This document shows positions 37,975 to 53,400 of a stretch of DNA of 64,000 nt, one piece after another; the first letter of the stretch is position 1; each line of letters starts with the position of its first letter. Under the pieces are notes generated by a model that was not told the origin of the DNA, did not search any database, and saw only the letters and a list, made by a program, of their open reading frames with translations. Source of the DNA: Octopus vulgaris. Its lineage: Eukaryota. The stretch is from positions 79,050,001 through 79,114,000 of the forward strand of contig OX597819.1 in assembly GCA_951406725.2 (NCBI GenBank), given 5' to 3'. The position numbers were made by a program, and so were the translations under genes.

Positions 37975-38890
37975 GATTTTACATTTTGGCACAAGGCCAG
38001 CAATTTCAGGAATGGGGTTAAGTCAATTGTATAGACCGAAACATTTAACTGGTACTTATTTTACTGACCCTAAAAGGATGAAAGCAAAGATGACCTCGGC
38101 GGAATTTTGAACTCTGAACATAAAGACGGACGAAATGCCGCTAAACGTTTTGCCCGGCATGCTGACAGCAGCAGCAATAATCGTTTCTACTGAATTAAAA
38201 AAAAAAATTAGTTGGGTGGAGGGAAGGAACTAGTCGATTACATCGACCCCAGTATTTTACTGGAGCTTATTTTATCGACCTCGAAAGGATAAAAGGCAAA
38301 GTCGCCCACGGTGGAATTTGAACTCTGAACGTAGCGACGGGCGAAATGCCGCTTATAATTTCGTCCAGCGTGCTAACGATTCTACCAGCACGCCGCCTTA
38401 TATCAGCAGTAATAATCCTTTCTACTATAGGTACAAGGCCTGAAATTTGGGGGGAAGAGACCAATCGATTACATCAACTCCAGTATTTCACTGCTTTATT
38501 TCTTTTCTACTTCAGGCACAAGGACCGACATTTTTAGGGAGGGGGTCGGTCGATTAGATCGACCCCAGTACGCAACTGGTACTTAATTTATAGACCACCA
38601 AAGGATGAAAGGCAAAGCCAACCTCGGCGGAATTTGAACTCAGAACGTAGCGACGGTCGAAATACATCTAAGCATTTCGTCCGGCCTGATAACGATTCTG
38701 CCATCTCGCCGCCTTAGCAGTAGTAATAATAACCTCGATTTCTCTATATTGGTTTCAAATTTTGGCACAAAACCAGCAATCTCGAAGTAATGAGTAAGTT
38801 GATTAGATCGACTTCAGTGCTCAACTGGTACTTATTTTATCGACCCCAAAAGGATGAAAGGCAAAGCTGACCTCGGCGTAATTTGAACCG
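37975..38890 (-). mobile_element. Cluster of 4-5 co-oriented SINE B copies
   Basis: Repeated GGCACAAGG..GTCGATT..AAAGGATGAAAGGCAAAG..GGAATTTGAAC units. Confidence 0.85.
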
Positions 38891-39059
38891 GCGTTGGTTT
38901 GTGTCTGCCCCTTTGCTTAGTCATAGTAAAAATAGTAGTAGCACTTTACTCTAAAAATATGACTAAAAAAATATCACTCCTGAGCCTATATGCGAAATGG
39001 ACCTACATTAGACAATTTAATGCACAAAGAACTTTTTTCTGAATATGCGCTGCTGGAAT

Positions 39060-39400
39060 TGGAATGCATCTTCTATGCTATCAAATACAAATTGGTTCGC
39101 ACCTACAGGTCTCAGAAAAAATATATTCTTTTACCCAAGAAGGCAATGGCCTAATCAGCTTGCAATGAATTGGCCAATATTTAGACACCTGGTTTAAAGT
39201 GGATTCTTTAAAAATCAATATTTTTATTGCTCTCGTTGAGTCTGTTCTGGATTGTTCAAAGGACACGGATATTTTCTATTAAGCTTCATAGATGATAGAT
39301 GGTTGTTGCACTCAACTTGTTGCAGGGTATAAATTCTTTCGCGAAAACCCACATCCGTCACTAAAATAAATTCATAGGACTTCACCACTCATCTCGCAAA
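39060..39400 (+). pseudogene. Decayed RTE-type LINE fragment
   Basis: KAMA*SACNELANI..LKINIFIALVESVL..IDGCCTQL, cf. RTE AWxACxxLxxIW..FxAxVESVLLYG..IDGxYTRL. Confidence 0.55.
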
Positions 39401-39555
39401 TTATGTACCAGTTACGCACTGGGATCGATGTAATCGACTTAATCCCTTTGTCTGTCCTTGTTTGTCACCTCTGTGTTTATCCCCTTGTGATTAGTAAAGA
39501 AATAGGTATTTCGCATATCTTTACGTTGAGTTCAAATTCGCCGAGGTCGACTTTG

Positions 39556-41935
39556 CCTTATTTGCGTATTTATTCCGGCCTTTCATAATCTGAGTTCGAA
39601 TGTTGCCGAGGTGATCTTTTCTTTTTCATCCTCCGAAGTTGGTATCTCCTTTTTTTGATTTTTTTTTTTTGTGTCCTTCAATTTGTTCATTCTTTCTTGA
39701 TCTCTTCCTTTTTCCCAACAATGCAAAATGGCCTTAGTAGAAATGACCAACACCGTCTCGCAAAGCAAATACAATTTGCTGGGCATCGCTTCACAGCAGG
39801 GGATTTTTTTTAGCTATTCTTCTTTGTCTGAAGACCCCTTTGATTATCATTTTATTCTGGTAAGCCTCTATAGCCATTCAATGTTTAAAAACTAGTTTTA
39901 TAGAAACTTCTTTCAAAATTCCTATTTTGTTTTCTACGCATTAAACTTGTGTAAGTTGAACTATGTAAAATGTTAGAGACAGAAACCTAATTTGTTTCGT
40001 GCAATACACACCAATACATACATCTAATGCAAAATACTTTGTGGATCTCCAATTTACTTTTTTGTTGTGTGGACCCCCAACAAAATCTTATATGGACTCC
40101 GGTTGAGAACTAGTGGTTTACAACAAAGAATGGAACAACGTCATCATTCGTCCAGTTGGTGGTAAAACTTGTCTACTCTCCTAGTTTTTTTTTTATTATC
40201 TTTTATTTGTTTCATTTGTTATCTTTTATTTGTTTCAGTCACTGGATTGAAGTCATGATGGGACATAGCCATGAAGGTGTTTAGTGGATCAAATTGATTC
40301 TCAACAGCTACGTTACGGTTGTTAAGCTGTGGATGGGGGCCAAGCACAGACACATAGGCACGCAAACACACACACACACACACACACACACGACTCTTTT
40401 ATTTTTTTATTTATTATAAATCTTCCACTGAGGAGGGAGCCGGTTTTCAGCCAAGATACAAGGCTCCATCTTTGGGATGTAGCTAACACAGACAAATTCA
40501 CATTTGGAACTTGAGAAAAGTCTTGCATACTTTTACTGTTCCACTCACAGATTACGCTTGTAATGTACGAATTAACCAGTCTTTCTGAAAATCCCAGATT
40601 TTCCTTTTTAGCATTTACTAACAAAACCTAGTGCTCCAATTATTATTGGTATGAATATGAATTCATAGTCTGGATATAGAAGCTGTAGGTTTCGAAGCAG
40701 TTGTCCATAGATATCCTCTTTTCTTTGATTTTCAAAGAGATATCTATATCTGCAGGGCAGCTGACCTCTATGATGGTACATACTTTTGCCCCTCCGTTCC
40801 AAACAACAATGTCCAGTCTTTTATGTTTGCATTTGACAGAAGTTTTAATGGGAATATTCCACCAGTATTCCTTGAGTTCGTGTTTATAAATGTATTCCAT
40901 AACAGAGGGATTTTTAAAGTTTATTTCAAGAAAGTCTGTTTTATTGGGTTTTTTTTTATGGATGGCACTGTAAATAGTTTTAGCAACAACATCGTGACGC
41001 ATAAGCAGGTAGTACCGTGAGAAATTTTAGGACAGTTGCTAATCACATGCGTGATTTCTTCCACAGAAACATGACAGCGTACACATGCGGTTGCACTTTG
41101 GGATTACAAGAGCATTACTGTCTCTCTTCTTCACCTGGTACTTTGTGGCAATCTCCTGTTCCTGGATTGTCAACGCATAGCCCTCAAAGTGTGATGTGAT
41201 GTAGTGGTCTTGTGTCCAAGAGAGGCTGCGTATCGTGTCAATTCTACTGCGTTGTATGTATGTGTATATATGTATACATACACGACGGGCTTTCACATAA
41301 TTTCTGTCAAAGTTGCAAACAAGGATTTTGCTCGGCCCGAGGCTGTAGTTGAATATACACGTCCAAAAGTGCCATGCAGTATCACGGAACTTGAAGCAAC
41401 GTTACTGCAAAGTGAACTTGCGTCTACGGCATACAAATGTCATTACCAGAGAATCGGAAAGGAAATGCGTTACTTTGATGAGGTAATGCAGGATCTTGAG
41501 TATCGGGGAGAAGTTTTGAAGTCTTTCTCCTCGGGTTCGCCGTGTAATGACGATGGTAGCGGCTATGGTGGCGTCGGTGGTAGTGATTGTGGTGGTGGTG
41601 TTGTTGGGGTTTTAGCGATGGTAGTAATAACGTTTATTAGTGGTATTATTAATGGCAGTGGCGGGGGGCAATGCTGCAGAACGTGGTTAGAGTAGTACTG
41701 GCAATAGTTTTACTTGTGGCGGTGTCCGGAGCACTACTACTTGTGCTGTTGTAGTGGTTGTAGCTGCAGTGTAGGTCATTTTACTTATTAAAGTAGTGGT
41801 TGTAGTGGTGGTGTACAAGTAATAATAATGATGACGGCGGTGACAATTGTGATGCTGGTGATAGGCGTGTTTGCTGCATTACGACTGGTGGTGGAGGTGG
41901 TAGTGATAGTGATGACTGCAGTGCTACAAATAGTA

Positions 41936-41982
<47 letters not shown>

Positions 41983-42273
41983 GTTGTAGTAGTAGTGTAC
42001 AGGTGGTGGTGGTAGAGATAGTAGTAGCAATAGTAGTATTAGTAGTGGTGGTGGTGGTGGAGATATTTGTAGTAGTAGTGGAGGTGGTGGTGGTGTGGAG
42101 ATAGTAACAGTGGTAGTAGTGGTGGTGAAAATAATTGTAGTAGTAGTAATAGTAGTAATTGTAGTGGTGGTGGTGTTGGTGGGGATGGAGATAGTAGTTG
42201 TAGAGGTGGTGGTGAAGATAATTGTAGTAGTAGTAGTGATGGTTTTGATGTTGGTGTTGGAGACAGTAGTAGT

Positions 42274-42305
<32 letters not shown>

Positions 42306-42872
42306 TAGTAGTAGAGCATAACTTTAAAAGTCATTGCTGCACACCATAAATCACACTAACCCCCATAGACAAACCAACATCAATTATTCCTTACAAACCG
42401 GAAACGGTGGAGTTGTGTGGTGACAGCGATGACTGTGGTGATGATGATGGTGGTAGTGGTAGTGGTAGTAGTGGTGTTGGTAGCAGTGGTATTAACGATG
42501 TTCCGAGGATGATGGTGTTGGTGTTGGTGGTTGTGTGGTGATGTAGTGTAAGTTTATGATAGTAGAGTGATGTGATAGTCATGGCTGAGGGAAGATGAGT
42601 TTTTTTGTCCCTTTCCTTTGGTTTGGTGGTGGCGGTGTCAACATTAAGAGAGTCATGTGGTCGTTTTTGCTGACGATGTTGGTCATTTCTACTAAGGCCA
42701 TTAGTAAGGAAGAGATCAAGGTAGAATGAACAAATTGAGGGCTAAAAAAAACAAAAAAAAAAAAACAGAAATCAGAAAAAGGAGATACCAACTTTAGAGG
42801 GATGAAAAAGAAAAGATCACCTCGGTGACATTCGAACTCAGACTATGAAAGGCCAGAATAGATACGGCAATG
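39556..42872. repeat. Inverted duplication pair (39556-39770 / 42664-42872) around a 2.9-kb spacer
   Basis: Both arms share a SINE-B piece fused to the same unique flank: GAGGTGATCTTTTCTTTTTCATCC..GTTGGTATCTCC..CTTGATCTCTTCC..GGCCTTAGTAGAAATGACCAACA. Confidence 0.85.
40400..41250 (-). pseudogene. R4/Dong-like LINE: zinc knuckle plus restriction-like endonuclease, lying between the two halves of a SINE A
   Basis: QEQEIATK..C..ISNCPK..RHDVVAK..YWWN..KRLDIVVWN..IIEVSCP..K..IIIGALG is the RLE signature (RHD, PD, ExxxP, K). Confidence 0.88.
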
Positions 42873-43770
42873 CAGTTCTGCCTCCGTCCCCGACGCTTTA
42901 ACGATTCTGCTAATCCACCAACCTGGTAATGAAATTATTATTTTCTACTCTAGGCTCAAGGCGCCAAATTTTTGGAGAGGAAGCCAGTCGATTAGATCGA
43001 CCCTAGTACGCAACTGGCACTTAATTTATCAACCCCGAAAGGATGAAAGGCAAAGTCGACCTCGGCGGAATTTGAACTCAGACGAAATAGGCTAAGCATT
43101 TTGCCCGGCGTGCTAACGTTTCTGCCAGCTCACTGCTTTGAAAACGGAATATTCTTTTCTACTGTAGACACAAGGCCTGACATTTTGGGGGAGTGGGCAA
43201 TCAATTAGATCGATTCCAGTACGCAACTAATACTTAATTTATCGACCCCAAAAGGATGAAAGGCAAAGTCGACCTCGACGGAATTCGAACTCAGAATGTA
43301 AAGATAAGCGAAATACCGCTAAGCATTTCACCTGGCGTGCTAACGTTTCTTATTTTTTATTGCCCACAAACGGCTAAGCATAGATGGAGACAAACAAGGA
43401 CAGACAAAGGGATTATTAAGTCGATTACATCGACCCCAGTGCATAACTGGTACTTAATTTATCGACCCCGAAAGGATGAAAGGCAAAGTCGACCTCGGCA
43501 GAATTTGAACTCAGAACGTAACGGCAGACGAAATACCTATTTCTTTATTACCCACAAGGGGATAAACACAGAGGGGACAAACAAGGACAGACATAGGTAT
43601 TAAGTCGATTACATCGACCCAAGTGCGTAACTGGTACTTAATTAATCGACCCCGAAAGGATGAAAGGAAAAGTCGACCACGGCGGAATTTGAACTCAGAA
43701 CGTAACGGCAGACGAAATACCGCTAAGTATTTCGCCCGGCGTGCTAACGTTTCTGCCAGCTCGCCGCCTT
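42790..43770 (-). mobile_element. Tandem array of about 5 SINE B monomers, including a dimer
   Basis: Repeated ATCGACCCCGAAAGGATGAAAGGCAAAGTCGACC. Dimer junction ACGAAATACCTATTTC at ~43528. Confidence 0.88.
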
Positions 43771-44079
43771 TAGTAATGAAATTATTATATATCTTTCTAC
43801 TATTGCTGTGTGTTTCGACCATTTTGTACCTATAGACCACTTTGATATATATTTTCCTCTCCTGGATCATCCTAGTCATTCGATGTTTAAAAAAATCATA
43901 TATTATTATGTTTAATCCAAGTTACGTTGAAAGGGAACAAACAAAGTTTGCTTTAGAAGCGTTGAGATGTATTGAAAGATACAGATAAGGAAATAATTTT
44001 GTTCTCAAACGCAGAATAATGCTAACAATACAGCTCGAACAGGATAAACTATTCATATTTTGCAGAAAAATCTGTCGGC

Positions 44080-44151
44080 GGCCAGCCATGAGACTTGAAC
44101 TTACATCGCTGTGATTACGCGTCAAGTGCTCTACCATTAAGCTAAACTGCC
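44080..44151 (-). pseudogene. tRNA-Thr(CGT)-like pseudogene
   Basis: GGCAGTT-TA-GCTT AATGGTA GAGC-A-CTTGA CG[CGT]AA TCACA..GTAAG TTCAAGT CTCAT-GGCTGGC. The D arm is intact, but the acceptor, anticodon and T stems have mismatches. A T-run follows. Confidence 0.55.
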
Positions 44152-44289
44152 CAGCTGTTCATGCTATATTATTAGCATTATTAAAATATATTGCGTAATG
44201 TAGAAGTATAACCAATTTATTGCAGATGAATTTTAACAAAATCTTATATGGAGCCCAAGGACCACAAGGACCCCGGTTGAGGTCCAATT

Positions 44290-44690
44290 GACTATAGATA
44301 TAAGGCCTGATATTTTGGAGAAAGGGTATAATCAATTACATTGGCCCAATACTTCACTGGTTGCTCTTTTATCAACCGTGAAAGGATGAAAGGCAAAGTC
44401 GATCTCGGCAGAATTTTAATTTAGAGCGTAGAGGCCGGCGGAAATGCCGCTAGGCATTTTATTCAGCGTGATAAGGATTCTATCTGCTCATCGTCTTGGT
44501 AATGAATAAATAAATATTAAATAAATGAATAAATAATCCTTTCTACTATTGACGCAAAGCTTGAAAATTTGGGAGTGGGGAGTTGATTAAGTCGACTCCA
44601 ATACTCAACTGGTACATATTTCATCCCCAAAAGTACGAGAGGTAAAGTTGAACTTGGCGGAATTTGAACTCAGAACGCAAAGGATAAATA
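44290..44690 (-). mobile_element. Two diverged SINE B copies
   Basis: AAAGGATGAAAGGCAAAGTCG and GGCGGAATTTGAACTCAGAAC. Confidence 0.75.
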
Positions 44691-44809
44691 TTACCTCTAG
44701 GTATTAATACCTGCCTGGCTAATCGCGACATCAGTGCCTGTTCCAGCACTGTCAATCTATATATCGCTGGCGGGGAAACGAATCGCTACTGTCTCTAGCG
44801 GTCGAGTGT

Positions 44810-44856
44810 CCATCATTGACAAGACCAAACAAAGTCGAAATCGCATGATCTGGCGG
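44810..44856 (+). ncRNA. Hammerhead-like motif with UUGACAA (U3:A8) core
   Basis: CCATCA-TTGACAA-GAC CAAACAAA GTC-GAAA-TCGCATGA-TC-TGGCGG. One mismatch in stem I. Confidence 0.55.
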
Positions 44857-44879
44857 TCTTTGCGTTGGAGCTGGCAGGG

Positions 44880-47470
<2,591 letters not shown>

Positions 47471-47857
47471 TGGACAATATTTCAAATGTTGCTATATCAG
47501 TGCCAGTATACTCGCCTGAACGCCTAGCCGTTAACAGAACCGAGAACAGTGAAGAAGTTTTCAATGAAAAAATTAAAAATTGCATTACAAATGTAGTACT
47601 TTCCAGTCAAATATGTGTCTGTGTTTGTGTGTGTGTGTATGCATGCTTGTTTGTATACACACATATGTGTGTGTGTATATATAAGGCAGGTTTAGATGCA
47701 AAATAGGTTAGTCATTCTAGTGTACATCAAAGGAGAAAAAACTCCCCTCTTTCATGACGATAGTGTGTTCAACACACTAAACTCTTTGGCAGAGGATTCG
47801 GGGCCATTGGAGTTTTGGTTTGTTTTGGTATATATATATATATATATATACATATAT

Positions 47858-48350
47858 ATACGACGGACTTCTTTCAGTTTCTGTCTACCACATCCACTCA
47901 CAAAGCTTTAATCGGCCTATGACTATAGTAGAAACACTTGCTCAAGGTTCCATGCAGTAGGACTGAACCTGGAACCATGCGTTTAGGTATCAAATCTCTT
48001 ACCACGCGCTGGAAAGCAAGCTTCTTATTACACACACATACACACACACACATATACACACACACACATGCACACACGCACACACACACTCACACACACA
48101 CACACGCACACATATATATGTGAAGGCGCATGGCTCAGTGGCTAGAGCTTCGAGCTTACGATCGTGGGGTTGTGAGCTCGAATCCCGGACCGGGCTGCGT
48201 GTTGTGTTCTTGAGCAAGACAATTTATTTCACGTTGCTCCAGTTCACTCAGCTGTAGAAATGAGTTGCGTAACAGGTGCCAAGCTGTATCGGCTGTTGCC
48301 TTTCCCTTGGATAACCCTGGTGGCGTGGGGAGGGGTGGCCGGTATGCATG
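47858..48350. mobile_element. SINE A head (-, 47858-48030) and SINE C 5' part (+, 48123-48350)
   Basis: Family motifs as above. Confidence 0.8.
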
Positions 48351-48421
48351 AATTCATAAATTCTGATGATCAAATGAACTTTCCTCCTTCTCATTGGTAA
48401 ATCACATTATTGTATTCGTTA

Positions 48422-48599
48422 TTATTTTACTTGTTTCAGTAATATAACTGCGGCCATGCTGAAGCGCCACATTTTAATCGAATAAACCAGCCCCAGGACT
48501 TATTGTTTGTAAGCCTAGTACTTATTCTATCGGGTTCTTCTGCCGAACACCAACATCGGTTGTCAAACAATGGTGGGGGACAAATACACAGATAAATAG

Positions 48600-48671
<72 letters not shown>

Positions 48672-49337
48672 ATAATACAGTGATTGTTTCTTGTCAGGAA
48701 CAAAAAGATTAATAGGACTGCTATAGAAGTGCTCTATTGAAAGAGACAAATATATCAAAATAAGGTTATAGAACAAACAAATGCAAGGTCATCCGCATAG
48801 CATTTCATAATTCGAACATTTAATCATAGAATATACATATAAACATCCCGCAAGATGGAACGTAATTCATCTGTACAAGCATATAAGCATATAATAATAA
48901 TAAGGTGCGACAAAAAAAAATTCTTTCCTCACAGTTTAGAGTTAATACTTTAGCGATTCAGAAAAATACATTTAAAAAAAAAAAACCATTACAACACCTA
49001 GAGAGTAAAAATATAATATAAAGTAATATATAAAAATATATAGGTATATAAAATTTTTTATATACCTATATATTTTTTATATATTACTTTATATTATATT
49101 TTTACTCTCTAGGTGTTGTAATGGTTTTTTAAAAAAAGTGTATTTTTCTGAATCTCTAAAGTATTAACTCTAAACTGTGAGGAAAAAAATTTTTTTTCTC
49201 GCACCTTATTATTATATGCTTATACAGATGAATTATGTTCCATCTTGCGGGATGTTTATATGTATATTCTATGATTAAATGTTCGAATTATGAAATGATA
49301 TGCAGATGACCTTGCATTTGTTTGTTCAATAACTTTA

Positions 49338-49383
<46 letters not shown>

Positions 49384-49562
49384 TATATACAGACACACAC
49401 ACGACGAGCTTCTTTCATTTTCCGTCTGCCAAATCCACTCATAAGGCTTTGGTCGGCCCGAGGCTATAGTAGAAAATACTTGGCCAAGGTGTCACGCAGT
49501 GGGACTGAACCCGGAACTATGTGGTTTGGAAGCAAGCTTCTTACCACAGAGCCACTCCTGCG
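48422..49562 (-). mobile_element. SINE A split in its internal (TA)n by an insertion (tail 48422-48600, head 49395-49562)
   Basis: The two halves are collinear with the family consensus. Confidence 0.8.
48751..49347. repeat. ~600-bp spacerless palindrome (~300-bp arms, centre ~49054)
   Basis: For example CATCCCGCAAGATGGAAC / GTTCCATCTTGCGGGATG and ACAACACCTAGAGAGTAAAA / TTTTACTCTCTAGGTGTTGT. Few substitutions or indels. Confidence 0.92.
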
Positions 49563-49758
49563 CTTATCCATGTATATATCTTCAAAACATATTAAGTACA
49601 CTATATTTATATGCATTTACACTTATTTCGCTATTAATGATTCTATTTCATATATCCCACTATATTCATCTTACTTTTTTTATATTTAACTTACTGAAAG
49701 GTATCGAATACTCAATTTCACCCTATTTACACAGCATGCATGTATTCCTTGCTTTAAG

Positions 49759-49790
<32 letters not shown>

Positions 49791-49939
49791 GAAATAATTT
49801 GAAATTACAGATTGAAAAACTCAGAAGACTGTGTTGTGTTTCTTTGTGTCTACACAAGAAACATTTTCCTTCAGGAATGTTTGCATTGAAGATGAATAAT
49901 AATGCTTATTATGAACATTTATAGCTATTGCACGGAATA

Positions 49940-50431
49940 CAGTAATCGCTTGAAATATCGCGGTTCACCTATCGCGCCCTCAGTACATTGCGGATTTTTC
50001 TGGCTAATATATGTAAATTTATATCGCGGACTCCTCAGTTTATCGCGGGTTTCTGCCACCGATGGGTATTTATATCTTTTTAGATTTTAATTATTTCTGT
50101 GGTAAAACAAGCATTTTCACGCTTAGAAATTAATAAGCTGATAAATTAAAATACAGTACTGCATTGTACAACACATTAATTAAAATGTATTAAAAGAAAA
50201 TACGTCGTGTACCGTAGATGAGTAAACAAAGAATTGCACATACTGTATGGAAAACGAAACTCGAGGGGGGGCGAGTGTGTGGTGTTGGTTTGCGTTTATA
50301 ATAAAATAAATATATACAAATTATAAAAATACAGGAGTGGCTGTGTGCTAAGTAACTTGCTTACGAAGCACATGGTTCCGGGTTCCTTGGGTAAGTGTCT
50401 TTTCTACTATAGCCTCGGAAAGAAACCCGTC

Positions 50432-50477
<46 letters not shown>

Positions 50478-50780
50478 GTGTGTGTGTGTGTGTGTGTGTT
50501 TGTGGGTCTGTGCTTGTCCCCCCAACATCGCTTGACAACCGATGCTGGTGTGTCTACATCTCCGTAAATTAGCGGTTCGGTTAAAAACACCGATAGAATA
50601 AGTGCTAGGCTTACAAAGAATAAGTCCTGGGGTCGATTTGCTCCACTAAAGGCGGTACTCCAGCATGGCCACAGTCAAATGACTGAAACCAGTAAAAGAG
50701 TAAAAGAGTATATATATATACAGTACAGTACTGTTTCTATTTCGCGGATTTTCACCTCTAGCGTGGGGTTTGGAACGTAT
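49940..50780. mobile_element. Tigger-like element containing a SINE A (50331-50710)
   Basis: TA-CAGTAATCGCT..TATCGCGGTTCACCTATCG at the left. The right part TTCGCGGATTTTCACC..GGGGTTTGGAACGTA is the inverse of 27635-27690. Confidence 0.75.
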
Positions 50781-51085
50781 CAACGTAGAACAAAGAATGG
50801 ATCATTGACTAAAACATATTGTACATATTAAAAATAATCATACATACATACGTACATACATACATATATACACACACACGCACATATATATGTATTTTAC
50901 CATGATAGATCCCTAACCACAACACATTCTTTATTTTCTCTCCTTATTTCTTTCTGTGTTCGTTTTCGTGAAAGAGCGTAGGCTCGAAACGTTAAAGACT
51001 TTTTCACTTCCCGAGCGTTATACTAATACTTCTCTTTGTTGTTTACACTACCTGTCTTCGTCTTTTGTTTTTTAGTGAATTCTCC

Positions 51086-51126
<41 letters not shown>

Positions 51127-51569
51127 AGCACATACGTATATATACACGCATACACACACACACATATATGTGTACACACATACACACATATATAAGTACA
51201 TATAGAGAGAAACACACATACGTATGTATGCGCATATATCTTCATCAACCGTATTTGTTAGACCTTCTGTTTTCTGTATGACAGTGACAAAGACATACAA
51301 CACAGTAGGAGGTCGTTAATGTTTATATGACACCTCAACGCAATGTTAAATGTTATTTTACTGTCTACGATATATCGCTGTATTCCTCCTAATTTCATTT
51401 CAGTTTTCTCTTCTGAAATCAGGTCACTTTTCCTCATGCAAATTCCTGTAGAATGAAACAGCTTTATATCCAAGTTCCAATGGAAGTATGTCGATATCCC
51501 ACCTCGTACGATAAGTTAGATTATTGCCCAAATTCTTGTAGATGCAAAGCAGTTTGCCGCCCATGCTCT

Positions 51570-51780
51570 TTGCTCTTTTACTTTGTTTCAGTCATTTGAC
51601 TGCGGCCATGCTGGAGCACCGATTTTAGTCGAACGAATCGAATCCAGGACTTATTTTTTTTGTAAGCCTAGTATTTATTCAATCGGTCTCTTATGCCGAA
51701 CCGCTAAGTTATGGGGACGTAATCACACCAGCATCGGTTGTATAGCGACGGTGGGCGGACAAACACAGACACACAAATAT

Positions 51781-51831
<51 letters not shown>

Positions 51832-52380
51832 CGACGGGCTTCTTTCAGTTCCCGTCTACCAAATCCACTCACAAGGCTTTGGTCGGCCTGAGACTATAGT
51901 AGAAGACACTTAACCAAGGTGATACGCAGTGGGACTGAACCTGAAACCATGTGGTTGTTAAGCAAGCCACTTACTCTTGCGCCTACTAAATCCACTCACA
52001 AGGCTTTGGTCGGCCCGAAGCTATTGGGGAAGACACTTGCCCAAGGTGCCACACAGTGGGACTGAACCCGGAACCGTGTGGTTGGGAAGCAGGCTTTTTA
52101 CCACACAGCCACGCCTGCGCCATTTTCCCACATAAATTTCTATGGAAATACAATAGTTTGTTACTGAATTCTCAACAAGACTGTGTGGTTAAGAATAGGC
52201 TCAGGTAATTATGGTTGTGTGGTTAAGAAGCTAACTTTGCAACCTATTGGTTTCAGTTTCGAGTCCACGCTCGGTTCCACTTTGTACTTCCTTGGGCAAG
52301 TATCTTCTACTAAAGCCGACCGTCCAATGCCTTGCGATTATATTTGGTAGACGGATGCTGTGTGGAAGCCCGTCGTATGT
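51570..52380. mobile_element. SINE A (-, 51570-51985), extra head (-, 51985-52122), diverged head (+, 52180-52380)
   Basis: AAATCCACTCACAAGGCTTTGGTCGGCC occurs twice. Confidence 0.8.
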
Positions 52381-52413
52381 ATGTTTGTGTATGTGAGTAT
52401 ATATTTATGTATG

Positions 52414-52492
<79 letters not shown>

Positions 52493-52544
52493 ATACGGTT
52501 TTTATGCTTTGGAATAGGTTCTCGAAATACATGTAAGGCAATAA

Positions 52545-52815
52545 ATAATCCTTTCCACTACAGGCACAAGGCCTGAAATTTTTGGGAAGGGTAAATCCGA
52601 TAACATTGACCCCAGTACTTGTCTAATACTTATTTGATTGACGCCGAAAGGATGAAAAGCAAAGTCAACTGCAGTTATAAATAATGATTTGCAAATTTTG
52701 GCACGAGGCCAGCAAGTTAGGGAGGAGGAGATAAGTCGATTACCTCGACCCTGTTATTCAGCAAGTACTTATTATATTGACGACGAAAGGCAAAGTCAAC
52801 CTCGGTGGAATTTGA
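52545..52815 (-). mobile_element. Two partial SINE B copies
   Basis: GGCACAAGGCCTGAAATT..GAAAGGATGAAAAGCAAAGTC. Confidence 0.7.
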
Positions 52816-53400
52816 TAAAGCTATAAATTATAGCATGTAAATATTGGTTGAAAAACTCTTTTGGATAGAAAAATGCAATGGTAGAGCGACTGTCATGTCT
52901 ACAGGAGATATGGGTTCAGGTCCCACGGATAGCTTTTGACATTTTCTATCAAAAAGTGTTTTTTCGACTCAATATTTACATACGGTTATTTATAGGTATA
53001 TATGTACTTCGAGCACCAATTAAAAACAAATTCAACGTTCTCTTGAAAGTTTATAAAATTCTAATGACGTCAACAGCACACAGTTTTAATCTAATGCTGT
53101 TTCAAGCTTGTATATTAAATCAATTGTAGTTTGATTTAGCTATCACATATATCAGTACATGTTTTGGTTACCGATTTCTATAAAGGAACAAGCATTTTCA
53201 CTTTAGCTCAGAACGTCTGGAGATTTCGTCACTGAGTGGGTAAAAACATGTCGAAACATCGTGTCTACCAATCCACCAGCATTCTGGGCAAAACTGCTTT
53301 TTAACGCACGAGTCTCTGCGAATTTTCTCTTTGACAAACCATCACAGCTAGTGCCTTTCCACATTTGTATATACATTATATATATATGTGTGTGTATAAA

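Noticed and set aside
42940-43770. Regularly recurring ~35-bp motif resembling a CRISPR array
   Set aside because: The intervening sequences are homologous SINE bodies rather than unique spacers. The context is eukaryotic and there are no cas genes.
44080-44151. Functional tRNA-Thr gene
   Set aside because: Multiple stem mismatches and G in place of U33, so it is recorded as a pseudogene only.
49265-49312. Hammerhead inside the 600-bp palindrome (CTATGA..GAAA)
   Set aside because: The core is incomplete, and stems I and III and the UH site do not fit.
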